Shown here: in pieces, positions 57,363 through 64,000 of the stretch
How positions within the stretch are numbered: position 1 is the first letter of the stretch
How the letters are laid out: every line of letters begins with the position of its first letter
From: Thermodesulfobacteriota bacterium
Lineage (GTDB): Bacteria > Desulfobacterota > Desulfarculia > JACQYL01
Length of the DNA stretch: 64,000 bases
NCBI GenBank assembly: GCA_963675595.2
Contig: CAXXLZ010000002.1
Location: forward strand, 3,360,001-3,424,000
Direction of reading: 5' to 3'
Notes under the pieces: model-generated
Told to the model about the DNA's origin: nothing
What the model saw: only the letters and a program-made list of their open reading frames with translations
Database searches by the model: none
Position numbers and translations under genes: made by a program

Positions 57363-58037
57363 ATGAATGCCAGAACTGCCGTGATATTGTGGATATGTGC
57401 CTTTGTTTTGTTCCCCACCATGGCTCCGGCTCAGGAGTCCATGGATTCGGCACTGCTTGATCGACTGAACAAACACTACGGGTCCATCGACACGTTTGTC
57501 GCGGACTACGTCCAGGAGTCGAAAACGCAGGCCTTGGGCGGACCGCAACCCATTACCATGAAGGAAATCAACCGCGGCGTGATCTATTTCAGGAAGCCGG
57601 GACTTTTTCTTGTAGATCAGAAAGAACCTCGTTCGGAAACGGTCATTGCCAACGCGGAATACACTTGGTGGGTAATTCCGGAAGAAAACAAAGTTTATCG
57701 ATACCCGCCCCAATCGAGATCCGGTGTAATCAAGGCGTTGTCGGGGCTGCTGTCGGGCAGGGAAAAGCTGGAGGACTTCTTTCGTCTGTCTTTGGTGGAA
57801 ACCGACGATTCCGAACTGGTAATCGGCATGTCGCCGCTTGAGCCCGCCGAAGATTTCCAGCGTCTTGACGCGACACTGGACAAGCGGAGTCTGAAACTGC
57901 TGGCCATGCGGGTCATCTATCCCTTGGGGCAGGAAGTTCTTTTCGAGTTCAATTCGGTTCAGGAAGACACGGCTCTACCGAAGGATTTCTTCGAATATTC
58001 CCCCCCCGCCGACGCACGGGTCATCATCAACGAATAA
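57363..58037 (+). CDS. lolA: Outer membrane lipoprotein carrier LolA
   Basis: Signal peptide, FRKPG, C-terminal F.Y.PP; follows ftsK. Confidence 0.8.
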   Translation: MNARTAVILWICAFVLFPTMAPAQESMDSALLDRLNKHYGSIDTFVADYVQESKTQALGGPQPITMKEINRGVIYFRKPGLFLVDQKEPRSETVIANAEYTWWVIPEENKVYRYPPQSRSGVIKALSGLLSGREKLEDFFRLSLVETDDSELVIGMSPLEPAEDFQRLDATLDKRSLKLLAMRVIYPLGQEVLFEFNSVQEDTALPKDFFEYSPPADARVIINE

Positions 58038-58092
58038 CCTGTTCCGACCCGTTGTCCGGCTCGCCCGGTCAGATCGGTCTACTCTCCTTAAT

Positions 58093-59502
58093 ATGAATGC
58101 GTTCGCGCTTCAGGTGGATTTGTTTTGCCGGAGGTGGAAGCTCCTAACGCCCGGCAACCACGTGGTGGCGGCTTTTTCCGGCGGCCCCGATTCCACTGCG
58201 TTGCTGCATGCACTGCTGGAATTGAGCGGACCGTGGAACCTCATGGTGACGGTGGCTCATTTCAATCATGGACTCCGGAATGAAGCGGATGCGGAGGCGT
58301 CCTCCATCGGAGAATACGTACGCGGATTGGGCTTGGACTTTGTTACGGCCAAAGGAGATACGGCCGCCGCGAGCCGAAAAGGGAAATGTTCCATCCAGGA
58401 GGCGGCCAGGGAACTGAGGTATGACTTTCTTGGGTCCGTGTGTCGGCGTTTGGGCGCGCAGCGGGTCGCCGTGGGGCATACGCGGGACGACCAGGTTGAA
58501 GAAATCTTGTTGCGACTTTGTCGGGGGACCGGTCCCGATGGACTGTCGGGCATGCCCGTAATGCGTGCCCCCTTCATTCGCCCCCTGCTCGGGTCGTCCA
58601 GGCCACAGATTTTCGAGTACCTGAATACCGAGGGGGTTCCGTTCATCGAAGACCCTTCCAATCGGAATCCGCGTTTTCTCAGAAACCGGATTCGTTGGGA
58701 GTTGCTTCCGGTCCTGGAAGCGCTTTCTCCCGGGATTCGGGACCATTTGACGAGAGTCGCCGAACTGTCTCGAAAAGACTCGGAATATCTGGAAGATCAA
58801 GTCGGACGGGAATGGAGAAAAATACTCCTGTGTACCGCAGAGGGTTTGATCGTACTGGACCGGGAATCTTTCGTGCGTTCGCCTTCGTCGTTGGCGAGTC
58901 GGACCGTGCGTAAGGCTTTCGGAGAACTCACGGGTGAAGTGCGCGGTCTGGAATCGACGCATGTGGAATCGTTGATCGGGTTGGCCGAGTCGCCAACGGC
59001 CAACGCTCATTTGGACTTTCCGAAGGGCGTTTTCGTCGAGGTCTCCTATGATTCCATAACACTCGGCACGGAGAAACCGTTTTCCAGTCCCTTTCAAACT
59101 GTGATAAAAGAATATGGACGGCATTTCGTCCCGGAAATCCAATCCGATCTCGTGGTGGAAGACCACGCCCTCTCTTTGGCCGAGGCGGAATTCCCAACGT
59201 CGACGGTGAGTGCCGAGGCGTTGAGGTTCCCCCTGGTCCTTCGGTCGTTTCGTCCGGGTGACCGCCTGAAACCGCCGGGCATGACGGGGACCAAAAAGGT
59301 GAAAAACCTTTTTATGGACCGGAAGATTCCTCGTTGGCTGCGGCCGGCGATTCCCTTGGTGACTTGTGGGGATCGCATCGTGTGTATTCCGGGAATCGCC
59401 GTGGACCGAGATTTCGCACGGCCCGGCGAGGAAGCGCCCGGCGTTCGGTTCAGCCTGAGCGGCCGGCTGTCTCAATTCTTCAAATGTGCAAAAGTGTATT
59501 GA
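58093..59502 (+). CDS. tilS: tRNA(Ile)-lysidine synthetase
   Basis: SGGPDS, HFNHGLR, ARELRY, EDPSN and RNRIR motifs; precedes ftsH. Confidence 0.95.
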   Translation: MNAFALQVDLFCRRWKLLTPGNHVVAAFSGGPDSTALLHALLELSGPWNLMVTVAHFNHGLRNEADAEASSIGEYVRGLGLDFVTAKGDTAAASRKGKCSIQEAARELRYDFLGSVCRRLGAQRVAVGHTRDDQVEEILLRLCRGTGPDGLSGMPVMRAPFIRPLLGSSRPQIFEYLNTEGVPFIEDPSNRNPRFLRNRIRWELLPVLEALSPGIRDHLTRVAELSRKDSEYLEDQVGREWRKILLCTAEGLIVLDRESFVRSPSSLASRTVRKAFGELTGEVRGLESTHVESLIGLAESPTANAHLDFPKGVFVEVSYDSITLGTEKPFSSPFQTVIKEYGRHFVPEIQSDLVVEDHALSLAEAEFPTSTVSAEALRFPLVLRSFRPGDRLKPPGMTGTKKVKNLFMDRKIPRWLRPAIPLVTCGDRIVCIPGIAVDRDFARPGEEAPGVRFSLSGRLSQFFKCAKVY

Positions 59503-59569
59503 TACCCTTCCATTCGGTACTCTAATATAAAAAATGTCCTTTACTGAAATTGAATCCTGGAGGTTCCAT

Positions 59570-61456
59570 TTGAATCCGTTTTTCAAGAATCTTGCCTTGT
59601 GGTTGGTCATCAGTCTGTTGATGATCTTCCTTTTCAACGTGCTGAACCGACCTCATGAAAGCAAGGAACAGATCAGCTACAGTCAATTCCTGGCCGCCAT
59701 CGACAAAGGCATGGTGGCCTCCGCCACGATCCAAGGGGAGACTCTTTACGGCAATTACGTGGACGGCAGAGGATACAAAACCTATGTACCCAACGATCCC
59801 GATTTGATTCGTACGCTCCGTGACAGCGGGATCAAAATCGAAGCCAAGCCTGCGGATGATTCTCCTTGGTATATGACCATATTGATCTCTTGGTTTCCCA
59901 TGATCCTGCTCATTGCCGTGTGGATATTCTTCATGCGTCAGATGCAGGCCGGCGGCGGAAAGGCCATGGCCTTCGGCAAGAGCAGGGCCAAGCTGCTGTC
60001 GGAAGACAGCAGGAAGGTCACCTTTGACGACGTGGCCGGTGTGGAGGAGGCCAAGGAAGAATTGTCCGAGATTGTGGAATTTCTGAAAGACCCGAAGAAA
60101 TTCACCCGGCTGGGCGGACGAATTCCCAAGGGCGTACTCCTCGTGGGCTCTCCCGGAACCGGAAAAACGTTGATGGCCAGGGCCATCGCGGGGGAGGCCG
60201 GTGTGCCTTTTTTCAGCATCAGCGGCTCCGAATTCGTCGAAATGTTCGTCGGCGTGGGCGCTTCCAGGGTCCGCGACCTGTTTGTCCAGGGCAAGAAACA
60301 GGCACCCTGCATTATTTTTATCGATGAAATCGATGCCGTGGGTCGGCATCGTGGTGCGGGTTTGGGAGGAGGACACGACGAACGAGAGCAGACTTTGAAC
60401 CAACTGCTGGTGGAAATGGACGGTTTCGAGTCCAACGAAGGGGTGATTCTTATCTCCGCCACGAACCGGCCCGACGTGTTGGACCCCGCTCTGCTGCGTC
60501 CCGGTAGATTCGATCGGCAGGTGGTGGTGCCCGTGCCCGACATCCGTGGAAGGGAACTCATTCTCAAAGTGCACACCCGAAAGACTCCCACGGAAGACAA
60601 TGTGGACATGAGCGTCATCGCCCGAGGAACTCCCGGTTTTTCAGGGGCCGATCTCGAGAACCTGGTGAACGAGGCCGCGCTGATCGCCGCCAGGCAGAAC
60701 AAGGACCGGGTGGGCATGCACGAGTTCGAAGCGGCTAAAGACAAAGTCATGATGGGCGCCGAGCGACGCAGCATGATCATCAGCGACGAAGAAAGGCGGA
60801 TCACCGCGATTCACGAGGCGGGACATACGCTGGTGGCGAAAATGATTCCCGGGACCGATCCCCTACACAAAGTCACCATCATTCCACGGGGTCGAGCCCT
60901 GGGATTGACTCAACAGCTTCCGGTGGACGAACGTCATACGTTGCCCAAGGACCATCTGATTTCCATGATTTGCGTACTCATGGGCGGGCGCGCGGCCGAG
61001 GAATTGCTCGCTGAGAGGGTTACCACCGGTGCGGGCAACGACATCGAGCGAGCCACGGACCTCGCCCATCGCATGGTTTGCGATTGGGGAATGAGTGAGA
61101 AGATGGGACCCCTGACCTTCGGTAAGAAGGAAGAACAGATATTCCTCGGCCGGGAAATCGCTCAGCATAGGGATTACAGCGAACACACGGCTCAGATGAT
61201 CGACGATGAGATCAAGGAAATCGTGGAGGGCTGTTATTCCAATTCGAAGCGGATTCTCGCGGATCATATGGAGATTCTCAAAGACCTGAGCGATACGCTG
61301 CTTGAGCGGGAAACCCTGACGGGAGAGGAAGTGGATTTGCTCGTTAAGGGCGAAGAACTTCCGCCCCGGGTCGTGCCGTCCAAACCCATGGGGTATCCAC
61401 CCAAACCGGAAACCCCACCGGCCGATTCCACTCCACCGGAAACTCAAGAGTCTTGA
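59570..61456 (+). CDS. ftsH: ATP-dependent zinc metalloprotease FtsH
   Basis: [21 protein letters not shown] and HEAGH motifs; TTG start after GGAGG. Confidence 0.97.
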   Translation: MNPFFKNLALWLVISLLMIFLFNVLNRPHESKEQISYSQFLAAIDKGMVASATIQGETLYGNYVDGRGYKTYVPNDPDLIRTLRDSGIKIEAKPADDSPWYMTILISWFPMILLIAVWIFFMRQMQAGGGKAMAFGKSRAKLLSEDSRKVTFDDVAGVEEAKEELSEIVEFLKDPKKFTRLGGRIPKGVLLVGSPGTGKTLMARAIAGEAGVPFFSISGSEFVEMFVGVGASRVRDLFVQGKKQAPCIIFIDEIDAVGRHRGAGLGGGHDEREQTLNQLLVEMDGFESNEGVILISATNRPDVLDPALLRPGRFDRQVVVPVPDIRGRELILKVHTRKTPTEDNVDMSVIARGTPGFSGADLENLVNEAALIAARQNKDRVGMHEFEAAKDKVMMGAERRSMIISDEERRITAIHEAGHTLVAKMIPGTDPLHKVTIIPRGRALGLTQQLPVDERHTLPKDHLISMICVLMGGRAAEELLAERVTTGAGNDIERATDLAHRMVCDWGMSEKMGPLTFGKKEEQIFLGREIAQHRDYSEHTAQMIDDEIKEIVEGCYSNSKRILADHMEILKDLSDTLLERETLTGEEVDLLVKGEELPPRVVPSKPMGYPPKPETPPADSTPPETQES

Positions 61457-62295
61457 GTCTGAAGAGAGTGGGCATGGACCTTCATTTGAACGGCAAACCC
61501 CTGATCATGGGTATCCTCAACATTACGCCGGACTCGTTCTCCGATGGAGGACATTTCCTTTCTTCGGAGTCCGCCCTGGAACAGGCTCGGCGCATGGTTT
61601 CGGAGGGGGCCGATATTCTCGATATCGGAGGAGAGTCCACGCGGCCCTTTTCGGAGCCCGTGTCGCTGGAAGAGGAGATGGAGCGGATCTTACCGGTGAT
61701 CCGGGTCCTGGCCGGAGAAATCAGCGTACCGATTTCCGTGGATACCTATAAGAGCGAGATCGCCCGTGCCGCGTTGGACGCCGGGGCCTCCATCGTGAAC
61801 GATATCAGCGCCTTGAGTTTCGACCCGAACATGGGTCGTTTGGCGGCGGAACGAGACGTGCCCGTCATTCTCATGCATATGAAAGGTCGTCCCAAAGATA
61901 TGCAGGTCGATCCGCATTACGACGACGTGATTGCCGAGATCAAGGATTTCTTCCGGGAGCGAATGAGTTTCGCGGAACAGCAGGGAGTGAAGAGAGAACG
62001 CATCATCCTGGATCCGGGCATCGGCTTCGGGAAAACGGTGAACCACAACCTGGAAATCATCAGGAGACTGGGTGAGTTTCTCTCCCTGGGTCGCCCCATT
62101 TTGGTCGGCTCATCAAGGAAGGCCTTCATAGGAAAAATACTGGGCAAGGAGCCTTTGGAACGGGAGGTCGGAACCAACGCAACCGTGGCCCTCTCCGTGT
62201 ATAACGGTGCTCGAATCGTTCGTGTTCACGACGTGGCGTCGGCCAAGGAGACCGCCCTGGTGGCCGGGGCCGTCAGGGCCGGGTTTGATGGATGA
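61453..62295 (+). CDS. folP: Dihydropteroate synthase
   Basis: [29 protein letters not shown] and RVHDV motifs. Confidence 0.96.
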   Translation: MSLKRVGMDLHLNGKPLIMGILNITPDSFSDGGHFLSSESALEQARRMVSEGADILDIGGESTRPFSEPVSLEEEMERILPVIRVLAGEISVPISVDTYKSEIARAALDAGASIVNDISALSFDPNMGRLAAERDVPVILMHMKGRPKDMQVDPHYDDVIAEIKDFFRERMSFAEQQGVKRERIILDPGIGFGKTVNHNLEIIRRLGEFLSLGRPILVGSSRKAFIGKILGKEPLEREVGTNATVALSVYNGARIVRVHDVASAKETALVAGAVRAGFDG

Positions 62296-63095
62296 TGGAT
62301 GAGCTGATCAACGTCCTTCGTTGGCAAGATATTGTCGATATTCTGGCGGTTGCTTATCTTATCTACCGGGTTCTGCTTTTCATCAGAAAGACCAGGGCCC
62401 TCCAGATGCTTATCGGTCTCTGCCTTTTGGTAGGCGCCTTTTTCCTTTCCGAGCAGCTTCAGTTCTTCACCCTTCGTTGGATTCTCAACAATTTCCTGAG
62501 TTCCATCATCCTTGTGGTCTTTATCCTGTTTCAGTCTGAATTCAGGAGAGGACTGACCCAGGTGGGCAAGGGGACCTTTTTCTGGGACGTGCAGGAACAG
62601 CTTCAAATGGTGGAAGAAACCAGCAAAGCGGCGCTTCACATGGCGAGCAGGCGTATCGGCGGGCTTATTGTGATCGAGCGCTCCACGGGTCTCAAGGAGT
62701 ATGCGGATACCGGGGTCCCTCTGGACTCGGTTGTGAATCGGGACCTGCTCGTGGCGATCTTCAATCCGGAGTCCAAACTGCACGATGGTGCGGTCATTAT
62801 ACAAAGAGGCCGGATCAGCGCGGCCGGATGTTTTCTCCCGTTGACCACGGCGCCCAATGTGAGCAGGTACTATGGTTCGCGGCACCGGGCCGCCATGGGT
62901 GTTACGGAGGAAACGGACGCCGTGGTGGTACTGATTTCCGAAGAAGAGGGACAAGTTTCCTTGGTGGTGGACGGCAAGGTCAGCCCCAGAATGGATCGCG
63001 CCGTGCTCCAGGGAAGTCTGAGAGACCTTCTCACGGGTCACGACAGGAAACGAAGGAAATCGCAGACAAAGGAGTCCGGTCGCACCACGGGTTAA
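62292..63095 (+). CDS. cdaA: Diadenylate cyclase CdaA/DacA
   Basis: Three TMs; LHDGA, GSRHRAA and SEE motifs. Confidence 0.93.
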   Translation: MMDELINVLRWQDIVDILAVAYLIYRVLLFIRKTRALQMLIGLCLLVGAFFLSEQLQFFTLRWILNNFLSSIILVVFILFQSEFRRGLTQVGKGTFFWDVQEQLQMVEETSKAALHMASRRIGGLIVIERSTGLKEYADTGVPLDSVVNRDLLVAIFNPESKLHDGAVIIQRGRISAAGCFLPLTTAPNVSRYYGSRHRAAMGVTEETDAVVVLISEEEGQVSLVVDGKVSPRMDRAVLQGSLRDLLTGHDRKRRKSQTKESGRTTG

Positions 63096-63104
63096 ACGGC
63101 GAAG

Positions 63105-64000
63105 ATGAAATTGGCTTGGAGAAAATTCCTGGGTGGGCATCTGCTGCTCAAAGCGGTGTCCCTGGTGCTGGCCGTGGCCCTCTGGCTTTTCGTGGTCGGA
63201 GAAGAGCGGGCCGAAGTGGGACTTTCCATCCCGCTGGAGCTGATCAACCTACCCTCCCATCTGGTGATCACCAGTGATGTGCCCAGAGACATCAGCGTCC
63301 GCGTCAATGGTCCTAGACGATTGCTGAGGTCTTTGCAGGCCGAAGGGATGCACCATACCATTGATTTGAGCGGAGTCCGGGCCGACACGGTATACTTCGA
63401 AATCTCTCCTGAATCCCTCCTGCTTCCTCATGGGGTCCACGTGGTGAGTATCAGCCCTGAGACGCTGAGCCTGACTCTCGACAAGATCGTGGAGAAAGAC
63501 CTTCAGGTGTTCCCCACATTGGCGGGAAAGCCGGCCGAAGGCTATGCCGTGACGTCGGTGAGCTTCGTTCCCGAGGCGGTAAGCGTTCGGGGGCCCGAGG
63601 AGGTTCTGAGTTCCATACATGCGGTCTGGACCAAACCCATCAATGTGGATATGAAGAAGGAGACGTTCCAGGTTGAAGCGGTTATGGACATCAAGAATCC
63701 TCAGCTTTCCGTAGCGGCCAAGAAACCCGTAATGGCCGAAATCAAGCTCGAAGAAAAGCCCATCACGAGGAATTTCCAGGATTTCCCCCTTGAAGCCCTC
63801 AATGCTCCACAGCAATTTCTGCTCAAGCCTGATCGCGTGGACATATCGGTTTCCGCCACGGTATCCGTCCTGCAGCCCGAATCCGCCGAGGGGAACCTTG
63901 TGGCCGTGGTGGATCTTGAGGGCCTCGAGCCGGGACGGCACCTCAAACAGGTGTCGGTCCGGGTGCCCCCGGGAGCGATCCTTGTGGACGTTTTCCCCTC
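63105..64000 (+). CDS. cdaR: CdaR/YbbR-like protein (partial, runs off the window end)
   Basis: Own translation MKLAWRKFLGGHLLLKAVSLVLAVALWLFV...ISVRVNGP, with a second VRGP repeat; follows cdaA; absent from the ORF track because no stop lies in the window. Confidence 0.85.
   Translation, partial: MKLAWRKFLGGHLLLKAVSLVLAVALWLFVVGEERAEVGLSIPLELINLPSHLVITSDVPRDISVRVNGPRRLLRSLQAEGMHHTIDLSGVRADTVYFEISPESLLLPHGVHVVSISPETLSLTLDKIVEKDLQVFPTLAGKPAEGYAVTSVSFVPEAVSVRGPEEVLSSIHAVWTKPINVDMKKETFQVEAVMDIKNPQLSVAAKKPVMAEIKLEEKPITRNFQDFPLEALNAPQQFLLKPDRVDISVSATVSVLQPESAEGNLVAVVDLEGLEPGRHLKQVSVRVPPGAILVDVFP

Noticed and set aside
40445-59637. Long antisense ORFs (40445..41815, 49570..50979, 53201..54682, 58144..59637, and similarly 34510..35838, 443..1459)
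   Set aside because: They are shadows of well-supported genes on the opposite strand in high-GC DNA and carry no motifs.
1-64000. tRNA, rRNA, CRISPR array, prophage or integrase
   Set aside because: No T-loop/cloverleaf, rRNA signature, regularly spaced repeats or phage genes were recognised by eye; a computational scan could still find small RNAs.

Overview
About 60% GC bacterial chromosome segment. The gene content suggests Desulfobacterota/deltaproteobacteria (futalosine menaquinone pathway, RNase J, ftsH-folP-cdaA-cdaR, LolA). From left to right: rpiA; mqnA divergent from aroK-mqnE-mqnC; an exported caspase-PEGA-pYEATS protein; a TonB-dependent receptor with Ni/Co-uptake accessory genes; a CBS-HPP pair behind a CRP/FNR-type promoter. 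Then an accessory lipid locus of about 17 kb (14-31 kb): a stand-alone lpxB, two LpxL-family acyltransferases, an MsbA-like flippase, an LpxB-related GT-B protein and a dedicated type II FAS block (FabF, Cys-less KS, two hotdog dehydratases, FabG, FabL-like SDR and an unusual ACP with a C-terminal CxxC-x14-CxxC domain). Two intact IS elements with target-site duplications interrupt this locus. After it come a hybrid kinase/REC-HDOD pair, a low-GC PD-(D/E)XK nuclease gene, acyl-CoA ligases, a eukaryote-type PFK-2/FBPase-2, and a housekeeping run (argA, secA, argJ, plsC, rnj, ftsK, lolA, tilS, ftsH, folP, cdaA, partial cdaR). The best candidate for an undescribed system is the FAS-II/lipid-A-like glycolipid locus. 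I recognised no tRNA, rRNA or CRISPR array. All family calls are by eye from motifs; no database search was run.
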